Part shown: piece by piece, positions 48,375 to 63,214 of the stretch
Layout of the letters: each line of letters begins with the position of its first letter
Numbering within the stretch: the stretch's first letter is position 1
Origin: Lama guanicoe
Taxonomy: Eukaryota
Length of the DNA: 64,000 nucleotides
Assembly: GCA_013239625.1 (NCBI GenBank)
Contig: MU054212.1
Coordinates: 310,001 to 374,000, forward strand
Direction of reading: 5' to 3'
Notes under the pieces: generated by a model
Databases searched by the model: none
The model's input: the letters and a program-made list of their open reading frames with translations, nothing else
What the model was told of the DNA's origin: nothing
Made by a program: the position numbers and the translations under genes

Positions 48375-50060
48375 ATGTCAGACGGCTGGCATTGAGGACC
48401 ACATCACTACTGTTAGGCGAAGTACTGATAGTGCCTGGCATACTGTAGCAGTGCAGTTGTTAAAATTTTTACATGTACTGAACTGGGATGGGATACAGTG
48501 GAAGAAAATGTTCTAACAGTTATAATACCTCAGGCTTTTATGGCAGTACTAATTATAAGAACAATGGACTCAAATCCCTGTTGTTGAGTGCTATCGATAA
48601 ACTGGAAAAGGACAACCAAAGGTTAAGGATAGTCATTACTTTAAAGGAAAATGCAAAACTTGAAACTCAGAGGTCCTCCTTGGTAGCAGAAGAAGAGACT
48701 GATCCCTTGTAGCCAGAGGACAGAAAAATCTAAGGATTTAATTCTGTGTAGCAGGGACCCGGAGAAAGGTGAGTTCTTGTTCTGCAAAGTCTGGTATGTC
48801 AAAGTCCGGGCCCTGGTGGAGAAGGATGTCATAGTCAGAGCCAAATGGGGTCGAGGATATCTGAGTTGATTCATATTAAAAAGCTTGAAACCTCTGCTCA
48901 TTCCCCTAAAGCCTCTGGGCTTACATAAATGGTCTGGTCCTCTCAGTTAGAAGCTAGCCTTCCACCCCACCACCCTTGCTTGGAGATAAGGAATGTTCTC
49001 CAAACCCCTTCCCCCAAGATCAAGCTCCTCTTCCCATGACCATCACTATAACTAGGGTCAAGCCTCAATATAACCAAGAAGAGGAAGTTACAGGCCTGCA
49101 AGGGAGGAAAGGGACTGTATGCTGAAGGAATGAGAGCATCTAGCCAGTATATACCGGCAAGGGCTTGGAAATTATGCATAGGATAAGATTCTGAGGGTAA
49201 TGGATCAATGGAAATGGACCGTCCTTTGTCCGTTTGCCCCAGAAGCACTCTCCCAGGATACAGGATTTAGCAGCTTGGCCACAACCCAGGAGACAATGCT
49301 ACCAAGCTGACAGGATAACTCCCGGAAGCAGAAAAATATTCAATGGCCTATATTAAGAAAAGTGGAAATGCCAGCATTGCCTTGGAAAATGTTGTGGGAA
49401 GTGACCAAAAGAATCAAAGAGATAGTTAGTCCAGAATGGATATACTGTATAAAACCAGAAACTCAGAGCTAAATATGTTCCATGTGAGAGCCTAGAGGGG
49501 AGCTTATTTTCCAAAACTGATGGGGGAAAGCACCAGAATCACTGACAAGTTCAGTGCTGACTATCCTCTATAAGCCAAAGCTGACAGTAGGAGAGAGAGT
49601 GTTAAAGAACTAGTCTTACTGATGGTAATACAGATGACAGGGCCTCAGATTACAGAGGCCAGTGATGAAGCTAAGCCAGCAGAAGCAAAGTGGGCATAGT
49701 TATCACAAAGAACAGCAAGTTCATTGTGGAAGTTGGCAGGTGGGGGAGGCCTGAACCACGGAAAGATACAGAGACTTTTTAACAGGGCATAGTACCCTTG
49801 GGGCTAGATAAATAAGAAGCCAGGAAAAGTATTGCTCAATCTCAATGATGAAAAGAAATCAAAGATGGATGAAACAAGAGGCTGAAGGTAACTGCACAAA
49901 TAAAAAGGTGCAATCCCTTACTTGGTTCCAAGATAGTGCTCAGAACCAGAACTCGTTGACTAAAGGAGAAGCCAGGGTCCCACGGATCCTAAAACACCAC
50001 GGCAAGTATACACAGGAATGATTCTCTTGTTCTTTCCCAAAGACTAGAAGTTATATTTCA
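48375..50060 (+). mobile_element. ERVL internal (gag-like) remnant
   Basis: Shares motifs with the internal region of the 24-27 kb provirus (e.g. gcactctcccaggatacaggattta vs gcactttttctgggatgtgggactta; gtggaaatgccagcattgcc vs gcagaaatgcctgatttgc). Confidence 0.7.
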
Positions 50061-52245
50061 GAGTAACCAAATAATTGATGAGGGAAAATATTTCTTTATA
50101 GAATTCCAGCTAGTACATCACCGTTTTGGGACTCCTAGTGAAACAATGGATGTAAGTGACGATCATCAATGGATGCTTAAACCCTACGTAAAAAGTTGAT
50201 GGAAGCTTTCCAGTGGGTAAGTCAGGCTAGCAGCACTAACAAGAGGACAACTGTTAGTTATCTTCTGATGTACTGTAATAGGAACTACAAGACACCATCT
50301 AATATCCTGCCCCCCTCCAAAAAAATCAAACCCAATGATAAACAAGCCTTTATAAGTTAATTCCAGTTTTTAGGAAATACAAGATACAGAAGAACAAGTT
50401 AAATGACACCATGAGGTAAAAATGAGCCAAATCCAGAATGCAGAAGATTCTACAGATGAATGAACCAGCTCCTCCAACAAATCAGAAGAGAAAAAGGAGG
50501 ACCGTTACAGATTAAAAGAAACTTGGGAAAATAACAATCCCACACAACATAGACTTTGCAGCCTGTATTTTCCTATTGCTGCTATAACAAATCACCACAA
50601 ATTGAGTGGTTTTAAAACAACACAAACTTATTATTTTATAAATTTATTACCTTCTGAAGGTCAGAGGCCCAAAAATGGGCCTCACAGGGCTAAAACCAGA
50701 GTTGAGACAGCATTCCTTCTGGAGACTGTAGAGGAGAATCAGCTCCTGGCCTTTTCCAGCTTCTGGAGGCTGTCCACATTCCCTGGCCAATGGCTTCCTT
50801 CCAGCAATGGCATCACTCCAGCATCTGCTTCTGCCATTATTTCCTTCTCTGACTCTGACCTCCTACCTCCCTCAGTAAGATCCCTTGTGTTTACACTGAG
50901 CACACCCAGATAATCCAGGATAATGTTCTCATCTCAAGATCCTTACGTTCATCATAACTGCAAAGCCCCTGTTGCCATGTAATTTATTCATAGGTTCCAG
51001 GGATTAAGATATGGACATTTGATGTGTGCTGGGGAGGGGCATTATTCTGTCTACCACAGATTCTGATTCAAACAAAGCAATTGTAAAAAAAAAAGACACT
51101 TGTCAGAGAATTGGGAAAATATGACCATAGGTTGGGTATTATATGTAAGAACTGTTAACTTTTAAAGGAATGATCATGGCATTTTGGTCCTGTTTTTAGT
51201 GTACGCCATCTGTCGGAGATGCTAACTGAATTATTTACAAATGAGATAATATAATATCTAGTATTTGCAATGAAATGCATTTTAAAAGAATAAGAGAAAT
51301 AAATGAAACAAGATAGGCAAAATGCTAAAAAAATTGTTAGAGTTGGCCTATGGTAACACAGGGTTCAGAATTCTTTTTTTTCTACCATTGTGTATATTTG
51401 AAATTTTAAATTTTTTTTTAAATCAAGGATAATTTGGTTTAAGAGAAAAGAAATGGAAAGGAAAGGGGAGAATCCAATGCTTCAATGAACAGTTCTTATC
51501 TATGTATCTTTGCATACCAGTGTGAATGGATGGTAGGATAAATTCTTAGACACAGAATTGCATTTAAGATGTTGATAGTTACATCTTTACATGTATACTA
51601 ATGTTGAACAGTTAAGGAACAGAATGTGGATGAGTCAAGCTTCTCACTCTCAGGGATGAAAGATGCAGATAAACAAGAAGGGAAGGACAGAATGAACCCT
51701 GTAGTGCTGGATCAGAGTCAGAGGCATCAGTATGAACTCATGTTTAGATTAATTTATATACAGATAGATACAGGCTAATTATAAGTATATGTGCATACAT
51801 GGGTTAGTATATATACATATGTTACCTAGCTCTGCCTGCTGGGAGGAACGAGAAGCAATCACATCCCACCAGCAAAGAGCAAATCCAGCAACCATACCTT
51901 GGTTTCTAAATGCCATTTCCCAATAAAAGGAACTAGAGATCCTTAGAGAAATGGCTAATTCTAGGGTTGGGGCAGAGAAAGAAAATAAAAGATAAGCCTT
52001 GAGTTTCTTGCAGTACCAGAAAATAAGGAAGCTCACACACAAAACAAAAGGATGGGGCATGTCAAAGTGACAGAGGAGCCAGCCTGAAAGAGGTCCCAAT
52101 GGCCAAAGCTGGGACAATTTGGGCACCAACAAAAATAACACAGTATTGGATAATAATCCCAAATTATAAAATAAATATACATGAGTCAATACTGAACATA
52201 TATAAATGGTCAAATAAATAAAGTAAATGGGGAGAAGAGACATAT
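50060..52245 (+). mobile_element. L1MC-type 3' fragments
   Basis: ttaaatgacaccatgagg...agccaaatccagaatg; aatgccatttcccaataaaaggaactagagatccttagagaaatggct. Confidence 0.7.
50564..51058 (-). mobile_element. MLT1C/D-type solo LTR nested in L1
   Basis: tgtattttcctattgctgctataacaaatcaccacaaatt...gcattattctgtctaccaca. Confidence 0.85.
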
Positions 52246-55099
52246 TGTACTCATTGTGCATAAATTAGTCCTCAATAAAGTTGTAAAGGAAAAATGATTG
52301 CTGAGTCAATTTACCAGTAGTGTTCACAGCTTAAGTAAAACTCCTTAGACATTTTGTATAAATTATATTTGCAAAACTCAACTCCAGGATGCTGGAAAAA
52401 CAGAGTTTTCCCTTTTTCCAACTCAAGGAGTTCAGGGTGCTATTTCCCATGTATCTAGTGAGTAGACCTTTCCTTTGTCCCAAGGGGACATTAAATAGAG
52501 TTTCGGAATCAGCTGGTTCAAGTAGAAATTAGGAATCTCGTTTCAAGCACAACTTTAAGAGGAGAAATTGTACCTGACTGTAGGTTCCATATTATGATTA
52601 TATTTTGCAAATTCACTTTAGCCATCTTTATCAAAATCTAAAAACACTAAATGTCTTGATTAATACTTTCCTTAAGACCAGAGGCATAGCACTTCCTTCT
52701 AAGTAAAATCTTAATATCTTCAAGTAATGCTTTCTATAGTACACATGAACTGTAGCCACAGTGCTACAGAGAATTGCCAGTAGGTATTTTGAACATCAAA
52801 CTTGGTCTAAAATCTATAGAAATATCAATCCTAAAATATAAAGTAAAACTGATTTTGAAATTGTTAATTCCTGCAAAAATAGCTTTTAAACAACTGAAGA
52901 AATGTGCATTTGTTCTTAAAATGAAGTTACAACATTGTACAGGAACTCTACAGACAGTCACAGCAGAATAACGTATTTCACAATTCAGTTCAGATCAGTT
53001 ACATTTGGTAAATTGGAAAAAGAAGCAATAATACACACCACCAGTGTGTTACATTGTTCTTGTTAAACAACAAAGCATTGAGCACTTTGTATTAAGCAAA
53101 ACACTGGATTTAGAAAAAGTAAAGAAGCTAGGTTCTTTACTGATTACTCACTATTTTTAATATACAATTTCTAACATTTACAAAGGAAGATGAAATTTTT
53201 AAAACTCTTAGACATGAAAGCAATAGGAATAATTAAATCCTAAAATACACACTATACTTTACTGATGTACACCTCATTAACAGCATATGACAGGAAAAAG
53301 GGGTTATGCAAAAAATCTAGAGAGATGAATGACGATAATAAATTGCTTGAAACTTTATATTACCCTGCTAGAAAATGGAAACTCTGGTAAGTAATATCAA
53401 TTACTATCTTTTGCATTGAAGAGATGAAGTCTTTATGTAATTCTGCCCTCCTTTTTCCCCTGTCAGCTATAGCTTGCCCAGTGATCTGAGATTCATACCA
53501 TCCTCATTCTCTAAGGAATAACATGAAAGTGATTGCTTGAAAATAAAACGAGGGACTGAAGCCCTATACTTCAGAAGACAGAATCAGTTACCTGACATTC
53601 AATACCAACCCTCACCATGTTAAGAATGTCAGTGTTTCACATGCCCCACTCAGGAGAAGAGCTGTTTCAATACACGATCCTGTGGCTTTATTCAGTTTGG
53701 TTACACCTCAGGGGGTTTAACTTTATGCAAAGCTTTCAGATAGTGCTCTTGGGATAGGAGCAAACACATACCATAATGCAGCAGTTGGAAGTTCAGAAAA
53801 ATAAAAGCAACCTGGACTGCTAATGCTTGATGAGAAGTTTGGCCTTGCCCTGGAATTAGCCTTCAAGAACTGAGAAAGAAGTAGAGTGTTGGCAACTCCC
53901 AAGATAAAACAAAATGTAAACATAATGGAATGAAAGATGATCTGGTTGTATCTGGGGCTTATATTATGGCCATAAAGGGAAATGGCAATGAGAAGTGGAT
54001 GTCAGAGATTTAACTAAACTGAACTGATTTCATGAAAGGCTTAAGAATCAGCCTGACTGGGGAAAGAGAAGTGAAACACCTGCACTACTAGTCTACACAT
54101 GAACAATGCATTTATTTTCAAACAAAGAGCAGATAATGCTCTAGCTTTGGAGGGGGAGATCTATTTTTCAGAGAAAGTATGGACAGCTGAAAGAAACACA
54201 AGGAGCATTGTGTTTAGGAATGAAACATGTGATCTAGGGAAATGCCAGTTTATCCAAGCTTTGGCTGGGTTACTGCTTTGTTAAGAGAAGGGACATATTT
54301 TTGAAACAACTGTGATTAACTGAGGTTTAATGTGCCATCTTGTAATTACCTATAATTTTAAAAGATTACATTGTAGCTTGTAAGTCTGGTTAAAGAACAA
54401 ATCAGGTGATGTTTTTTAAAAAATACAACATCACATGTGTTTTATTGTTTAGAATTTACCCACCAATACAGAAGAACTCTATGCTTTTCTACTTACTATG
54501 AGTAGTTTTGTTGATTCAATTTGGCTTCTCTGCTTTCAGTTTCTTAACATGGTTATATCACCATCAGTTATTTAATATTTCTCCAAGTTTACTAATTACG
54601 CTGAGTAAAAAATTCACTCTGTACAACTGTGATTTCAAATAAGATATACTTTCATAATTTATCTTTAGTTGATCTTCTTGCTCCACGTTCTCTTTAATTC
54701 AGACAATAATACTTGAGTGAATTCTTCTTATACATTTTAGAACTAATAGACACAAGAACTCTTTGAGTCACAAGTTAGCACAAAAAATGAACACAGGCTG
54801 CTGGCATTGCTTTTCTGAGTCTCATGCTATTTCTGAACAAGAGGGCTTTCTCCTAGCTCTACTCTTCAGCTGTGTGAGTTCATGCAAGTTTGATGCTTAG
54901 CCTCTCCACCATTCTTTTCCCCAAATATAAAAAGGAGGAGCTATCTCACAGGAGTATTCTTATTATTAGATTTTATAGTTAGTGCTGATAAAAATTTACC
55001 AATACATTCACCAGTCTCTTTGATCAACATTGTTTCTTACACCCCACTCCTTTTTTCTGCATTTAGCTTTCCTCTGACTGAAGTACATCACTTAGTGTT

Positions 55100-55530
55100 C
55101 TTCTGTCACCCATACATATTCCAGGGAGGTGAAAGATCCCTGCTTTAACCTATTTCTATTCTTGTTCTAAAAGACCTGATGCTTGTCAAAAATGTTTTTC
55201 AGTTACACCTCAAAGGAAACACAGTCTACTGCCCTGAACAGTTCCACCCTAACTGCAAGAGTAGCGCCTGTGCAGGGCAAATCTAGAAGTGTCTGAAAGT
55301 TGCCTTTGCTTCATTACCATGCTAAGATCTCTGCCCAAAAGGGGCCTTGTACCTTGCTAGGCACAGTTAGCACTATGTGCAAGGGAGCCTGAGGGACTGC
55401 ACATGCCCTGGCTATTCCTGAAAATCTCCACCCTTTCCCCTAGTTTCTGATGATGCATCTGCCTCTTACTCCTTAAAAGTCCCCTACTTTCCTCCCTGCA
55501 GAAGAAGGTGTCTTTAGAGCTAAGACATAA
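55100..55530 (+). mobile_element. Probable LTR remnant
   Basis: LTR-like composition (ctgcacatgccctgg...ccttaaaagtcccctactttcc); family not recognised. Confidence 0.35.
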
Positions 55531-57109
55531 GTGTATAGTGTTGTATGCACTCTTTCATTAAGAAATTTTAAAGAATGCAGCATTCTTATTTAGTCAAAAA
55601 TATACAACCAGAATAAAAGATATGGATATATGGAGGACAGGCCACACCAATTTCACATAGTAAACCCTCCTGAAAAGATCCTTTATTAACCTATTTCTCC
55701 CAGACTCACTCCCTCTGGTACTTGCCACATCTTTTTAACCTCCACTCCTTCTCCTCTTCTTTGCAGCCTGACACATCAATCTGTGTCTCTTCTCCTTTTT
55801 TATAATAAGAAGTATTATGTTACTTCCTCATATTCTCCCATCAGTTCATAAAAAAAGAAATAGACTATATCATCACCATTCATCTTTAGAGTGTTAGGGG
55901 GAGATATATAAGTTCCATATGATATGCAAGGTAACCTAAGGGAGGAGCAAGAGTTTATAAATAGAAAGAGATAATACCCCAGTTTTTCATTGGATTTCAG
56001 TATATAGCAATATATTTCTGTCTATATATGCCTAATTAAGTGCATTTATGAATTACTAAAACTAATCCTCAAATGATGGCTTTAAAAGGCAAAGAAAAGG
56101 CAAAATGAAGATAACACTAACAAAGCAAACACAACACCAAACAACAAAAAAGTAAGTTAATCTCTTCATCAGCCTACCTTCATTTAAAAACAGTAACACT
56201 ATAATCAAATCTGGCAAGAAACCAGCCAAAATAACTTAAAATTACTCCTCAAACTATTTAAATAATTGCAATTATCACTAACAATGAATTTTATCATGCA
56301 CGGAGATGTTACTGGTAACGGAGGTACGTGTATATAATTTATAAATAACTTAAGGTCAGTAGTCAAAAAGGCTTGGAGACCACTGGGCTAAAGCGCTGGC
56401 AGCACCATTCGCACCACCTCTCTTACCCGACCCTACTCCTAGGCTGGGCTGCTTTTGTGAAGGTCAGGCTGCTGCTTTGAGCTCCTGCGCAGATCCCTTG
56501 AGGGCCTAAGTTTCTCTGTTCCCGCTTCCCTCAAGGTACCTGGAGGAAGTCTGGCCTTGGGCACCAAATGAATGACGTGCACCTGTTTTCCTTTGCCTCG
56601 ATTCTGGATAGATTACCTGAGTTTCCATCTCACTTTCTAGTTCCTCCCGTCAACTTACAAAGCTGGGACCAGAGCCAATCTTCTAGTTTGAATGCGGTTC
56701 ATCATTTTGATCCTGATAACCCCCTGGCTGTCTTCTCCCTGCTACCTAAGAAAGAGCCTGGCAGCCTGTGTGGCTGGGACAGAACTAAGACCAGGGCAGA
56801 GAATGCCAACGCCTACAGTTCTAATGAGCCATTCACAATAACTTGCTCTGAGGATAAAGTTCCTAAAATCTAAAGTTAAGAACAAATTTTATTTATAGGT
56901 GTTTTTAAAAATAATAAGGTAAAAAAAATAATGTAAACAATGGAAAAATTAAGAACCAACTATCAAGTTCCAAGTGCTTTCCTAGTATAAAGATACATTT
57001 ACACTGATACTTCTCTGAATCCCATACTTTGTTAGTCTGTCAGTTCCTTCAAGACAAGGACCATGCCTCACGCATCTTTGTTTCCGTAGGCTTAGCACTG
57101 AAAATAATA

Positions 57110-57360
57110 ATTAGTATCATTTTTAGCTATTGCTACTACTTTTTAAATATTGACTATGTGCCAGGCTCTTGCTAAACACATTGCAAATATCCCATTTAAT
57201 TCTTTTAATAATCTTATTATCCCTCTTCATAGATGAAGAAACTAATCTCAGAAGCCCAGTAACTTACCTTAGAACTTGCAACTAGTACATGGTTGATCAA
57301 GCATTTGAACACAGTTCTTTCTCATTTTGAAACCCAAACTCCTAACAACTATACCATAAT
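57110..57360 (-). mobile_element. MIR SINE
   Basis: gactatgtgccaggc...catagatgaagaaactaatctcagaag...atttgaacacag. Confidence 0.75.
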
Positions 57361-58529
57361 GCCAAGAAGGAAAGAACTGGAGGAGTAGGAAGGGAGAAGC
57401 TTGCCACTGCCTTCTAAGTCAGAAGAAAAGGCATGTTGCTACTTAGAAAATGTGACCTCCAGCCATGTTTCCAGCTAATTACAAGTTCTCTGGCATTAAA
57501 GACACTGGTCATTACACTTTCAGACATAGGAAGTCTCTTTCTAATGTGTCACAGCAAAAAACAAGTCATAGTGACACAAGTACAAAGTTAAGGAAAAAAT
57601 ATGATACATAAACTTTTATAAAGGTGACTGAGGTTATCTTTCGTTAGTGAGTCTAGTTATTATTGCTGTCATATAAAGTGAAGTTATTTGCAAATTCGTA
57701 TCTCTTAATTTGGCACAAGGTATCAATTTAAAGGAAAAAACTATGGGTGGAAAAAAAAATCACTGCTTACAGCAGCACTTCGAACCAGAGTGATGCAATT
57801 TTCATTACATGTCTCCTCAAGTTGGAGAATTCATTAGCACCTAGGTAGTACTTAGGTAATTTCAAACAAAGCAAGTTGCAATATTTAACCATAAGTTCAT
57901 CTTGCTTTGTACTTCTGTGACTTCATATTAGAAGTTTAAGTACACCAATTACTTCAACATTAAATACAGATATAAAATACCCATTTCAAGTTCTTTCTCT
58001 TTTAAGTCTTGATGAATCATAAAATCTTCTCAGTAATAAATTCTCAAGGGTTTATTCTATTATTGAAGTTAGTTTTAGTAATAAAAATTGGAAAATATAC
58101 AATATTACTCTGTCCAATTCTAAATAAATTTTAATTTACACTATTTACACTGGTTTTTTAATGGTAGATAAAGCCTAAGGTGACTGACTAGTTCCTAACT
58201 GTTCTCATGTCACTGGAAACTATCTCTGATAGACAACAAGGATGGACACTGTCAGCCTGATAGGTTCTAAGTAACCTCACACTGGCCAATGCTGAGTGAG
58301 CAGGGGTTGATACGTAACCTAAACTTCATCAGTCTGATTCTCTATCCTGGGGATTTGGAATTGGAACCCAATTCTGATCAGATAAAGCTGCTTACTTAAA
58401 CTGACTTGCCGTAGGGAGGGCTTCTCCCCACCCACCCCCACCCCCCGACCCTTATAAACGCAGAGAAGCAAAAGTAACAAAGGTAAAAGGGACCACTGGT
58501 CTCTACACTATTTTAGCAACAAATACCAG

Positions 58530-58944
58530 TGCTAGGGGCTGAATTATGTCCCCCCCGACCCCTACCCCCGGCAAATTCATATGTTGAAATCATAACTCCC
58601 AGTATCTTAGAATGTAATTGTATTTGGAATCAGGTTTTCAAATGAGCAATTAAATTAAAATGAAGTAGTTAGGGTGGGCCCTAATCCAATATGACTAGTG
58701 TTCCTATAAAACCAGGAAATCTGGACGCAGCTACATACAGAAGGAAGACACAGGGAGAAGATATCCATCGTACAAGGTAAGGAGAGAGGCCTGAAACAGA
58801 TGCTTCCCTCATGGCCCTCAGAAGAAACCAACCCTGCCAACCTTGATTTCAGACTTCTAGCCTACAGACTGTGAGAGTACACATTTCTGTTTTTTAAGCC
58901 ACCCAGTCTGTGGTATGTATGCGGCAGTCCTAGGAAACCAGTAC
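58530..58944 (+). mobile_element. MLT1B-type solo LTR
   Basis: ggctgaattatgtcccc...aaattcatatgttgaa...agggtgggccctaatccaatatgact...gaaaccagtaCA. Confidence 0.85.
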
Positions 58945-60169
58945 AACCATAAAGGGATATGTCTTTGTTTGAGCTGCTTAGGATAGAGTATAAAGCCCTG
59001 AGGGCAAAAGTATCAGAAGAGACAGAAACAATAGAGACAGTAAAGCTACTCTGCATGACATCAGAAAAAAACTGTTTACCTCCTGAAGAAAGAAGGAGAG
59101 AGAATTCAGCAGGAAAGTCTGAAGTGGAAGGATTTTTGTGGATGAAGGTACAAAGGGAATTTCTCAGGAGTGGTTGAAGCTATCCTATTCCCCAGCAATC
59201 AGTGCTGATTATATTGCTGTGATATAAATCCCCAAATCTTCAACAAAGTCTACTAGATATGGAAACAGAGACCCAGAGCCAGAGGTGACCAGGAGAGCAT
59301 CAGCCTGGCATTCCCCCAGCCCCTTATTTCACTGCCCCTCACTCAGAAATCTATAGAATTCCATAGAAGCCTCCAGAGTCTCGATGAGTGTGGAATACAG
59401 TTCATGCCAACATTATCTAAATCTCAAGTCCTGGGATATTTTAGCTGACATTTAGACCTGCAAAGAAAGGAAAATAAAGTAGATTTGCAGATAAATGCAG
59501 AAACGAAAGCCCATGTGCCCCAGAGAGGGAGCAATGAGTGTAATGAGGCTATTTCCTGGTTCAAATTCCCCATTTAGCCAGACTGACTCCCTGCTTTTGA
59601 AATACCTATATTCCTATATGCTTCCTAGGATACCTTTATAGCCTCATAAATCTCTGCTTTTTTTGGCTTAAAGTAGCTCAAGTTAGTTTCATTTGTGACA
59701 AAAGATTTTAACTAAGATTTATAAAATACACGTAAAGGGGGCATGAAAAATAAACAGCAAAACCAGGTAGATAATTATGGGAGGTTTTAATCACACCTGC
59801 TGCTATTCCAGGGAGAGTATTCGATATTACAACACACAGTGAGTAATAGTGCTGTCTCGTTTTTCCAAACTAGTGTCCTGCAGAATACTTCACACAGTAG
59901 TAGGTAGGAGGCTAACAAGTATGCTGGGATGCTATAAAAAAAGAGTGTTCTGAAGTCAAATATGTTTGGGAAATACTAACACAGAATAAACAGCTGGTGA
60001 GCAGTGGAGAACACTGTTTTCTGGAAGAGGGTGAATATAAAACCCCTCCTTCTCAATCGCTGAAGTGGCAGAAAAAAGAAGGTATGTTACTGAAAGGAAT
60101 TTTAAAGGTAATTATCTCCTTAACAATAACAAATATAAATAAAAGTAACTAAAGAATAAAATAAACATC

Positions 60170-60370
60170 AGTTAGAGGATCAAAATCTAGTTCATCTCTA
60201 AGCCAGTATAATGTAACGAGTAAACACATGAGAGCCAGACATAAGCTGCCAAAATCACTCTATTTCCTCATTTCTAAATAATATTTACTTTATAATGTTT
60301 TATAAGAATTAAAAGAGTTACTATATAAAAAGTGCTTAGAAGTGGCAAGCACCCCAAAATATTAGTTATT
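60170..60370 (+). mobile_element. MIR SINE
   Basis: tttcctcatttctaaataa...aagaattaaaagagttactatataaaaagtgcttagaa. Confidence 0.6.
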
Positions 60371-60384
60371 TTTATGAAAAAGCT

Positions 60385-60785
60385 ATAGTCCCAACACAAT
60401 ATTGAGGGAGAACAAAGTTGGAGGACTGACTATTGGACCTTAAGACTTACTATAAAGCTACAGTAATCAGGACAGTGTGGTATTGGCAAAAGAATAAAAA
60501 TAGATTAATATAATAGAATAGAGCCAAGAGATAGATCCACATAAATACAGTCAATTGATATTTGACAAAGGAGCAAAGGCAATACAATGGAGCAAAGAAG
60601 AGTCTTTTCAACAAATTGTGCTGGAACAACTGAGCATGCAAAAATATGAATCTAGACACAGATATTATACCTTTCACAAAAATTAACACAAAATGAACCA
60701 CAGACTTAATGCAAAGTGCAAAGCTACGATAGCTTTAGACGATAACATAAGGATAACCTAGAGGACCTTGGATATGTCGATGACC
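60385..60785 (+). mobile_element. L1 ORF2 fragment
   Basis: gacttactataaagctacagtaatcaggacagtgtggtattggc (YYKATVIRTVWYW motif). Confidence 0.85.
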
Positions 60786-63190
60786 TTTTTTTTCAGCCAT
60801 ATTGAGGTATAATAGACAAAACTGTAACATATTTGAAGTGTACAACATGATGATATACATTGTGAAAGGATCCCATCATTAAGTTAATTAACACATCCAT
60901 CACCCTATATATTTACCCTTTTATTTATTTTTTAATTTTTTTGGTGACATTTACATTCTCAGCAAATTTCAGTTATATAATACAGTATTACCAACTAGAG
61001 TCACCACATCTTCAGACTTTATTCAGCCTACAACTGAAAGTTTGTACCCTCTTACCAGCCTCTCCTATTTCCCCGACCCCCAAGTTCCTGCCTGGCAACC
61101 ACCATTCTACCCTCTCTTTCTATGTGTTCAACTTTTTTTTAAGTGATATTATGTAGCATTTGTCTTTGGCTTATTTCACTTAGCATACTGCCCTCCAGGT
61201 TCACCCGCACTGTCACAAATGGCAGAATTTCCTTCCTTCTCATGGCTGAATAATATTTCATTTGTATATATACATACATACATGAACACAATGAAATATA
61301 TATATCACATTTTCTTTACCCATTTGCCCATTGATGGACATTAGTTTGTTTCCACACCTTGGCTATTGTGAATGTGCCACAATGAACATGGGAGTATAGC
61401 TATCTCTTTGAGGTATGATTTCTCTTCCTTTGACTATATTCCCAGAAGTGGGATTATAGTAGTTTTAACTCTAATTTCTTGAGAAACCTCTATACTGTTT
61501 TCCATAGTGGTGTACCAGTTTTCATTCCCACCAACAGTGTACAAGTATTTCCTTTTCTCCACATTCTCACCAGCTTTTGTTATCTCTTGTCTTTTTGATA
61601 ACAGACATCCTAGCAGCTGTGAAGTGATACCTCATTGTGGTTTTGATATGCATTTACCTGATGATTAGTGATGTTAAGGACCTTTTCATATACTATTGGT
61701 CATTTATTTGTATGTCTTCTTTAGGAAAAATATCTGTTCAGGTCCTTTGTCCTTTTTTTATTTTGGTAATTTGCTTTTTTTGTTATTGAATTGTATGATT
61801 TCCTTGTATATTTTGGATATTAACCCCTTATAAGATATGTGCTTTGCAAATATTTTCTCCCATTCTGTAAGTAGATCGTTTCCTTTGCTGTGTACAGGCT
61901 TTTTAGTCTGATGTAGTCCTATTTATTTTTGCTTTTGTTGCCTTTGCATTTGGTGTCAAACCCAAAAAATCATGGCCAAGACCAATGTCAAGGAGTTTAC
62001 CCCTCCATTTTTCCTTCTAGAAGTTCTACTGTTTCAGGCCTTACATTTAAGTCTATAATATATTTTGAGTTTATTTTTGTATATGGTGTAAGATAGTGAT
62101 CCAGTTTCATTCTTTTGCATGTGGCTGTCCAGTTTTACCAACACCATTCATTGAAGAGATTATCTTTTCCCTGTTGTATATTCTTAGCTTCTACGTCAAA
62201 ATTAATTGACCATATACATGTGGGTTTATTTCTGGGCTCTCTACTCTGTCCCATTGATCTATGTGTCTGTTTTATGCCAATTTCATACTATTTTGATTAC
62301 TATAACGTTGTAATATAGTTTGAAATCAGGGAACATGATGCCTCCACCTTTGTTCTTCTTAAGACTGCTTTAGCTATTTGGGGTCTTTTGTGATTCCACA
62401 CAAATTTTAGGGTTATTCCATTTCCATGAAAAATGCTATTGGAATTTTGATAGAGATTGCATTGATTACTTTGTAGATTACTTTGGGTAGTATGGAGATG
62501 TTAACAATTTTAATTCTTCTGATCCATGACCACAGAATATCTTTACATTTATTTGTGTCTTCTTCAATTTCTTTCATCACTGTTTTATAGTTTTCAGTGT
62601 ACAGATTTGGCCTCCTTGGTTAAATTTATTCCTAAGTATTTTATTCTTTTTAAAGCAATTGTAAATGGGATCATTTCCTTCATTCTCTTTCTGATGGTTT
62701 GTTGTTAGTGTACAGAAACTCAACTGATTTTTGTATCCTGAAACTTTAAGAAATCCATTTATTAATTCTAACAGTTTTTTTGATGGCGTCTTTAGGGTTT
62801 TCTATATAATATCATGTCATCTGCATATAAAGACAATTTTCCTTTCTGGCTTTGATGCCTTTTCTTTCTTTTTCTTGCCTTATTGCTCTGGCTAGGAATT
62901 CCAGTACTATGTTGAATAGAAGTGTCAAGAGTGGGCATCCTTGTCTTGTTCTTGATCTTAGAAGACAATCTTTTAGACTTTCACTGTAGAGCATGTGTAT
63001 TCTGCTGCTGGATGGAATATTCTATGGCTGTTAGGTCCATCTGGTCTAATGTGGATGGAATGTTCTATACATTCTGTTAGGTTCATTTGATCAAATGTGT
63101 AGTTTAAGTCTAATATTTCTTTCTTGATTTTCTGTCTAGATGATCCATCCACTGTTGAAAGTGGGGCATTGAAGTCCCCTACTGTTTTTT
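60786..63190 (-). mobile_element. L1 (L1MA-type) 3' end and ORF2, antisense
   Basis: Antisense L1 3' UTR and RT region; ORF 62812..62994 contains [28 protein letters not shown] (L1 RT). Confidence 0.9.
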
Positions 63191-63214
63191 TTCATTAGTG
63201 AGGATGTTGCTGGG

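Noticed and set aside
51779..52261. 160-aa ORF on the - strand
   Set aside because: Antisense to an old L1 3' region; hydrophobic low-information translation.
56390..56600. Slightly GC-richer patch as a possible promoter or CpG island
   Set aside because: Too short and too few CpGs; no supporting exon or core-promoter evidence.
62812..62994. Reverse-transcriptase-like ORF
   Set aside because: A fragment of a disrupted L1 ORF2, not an independent gene.
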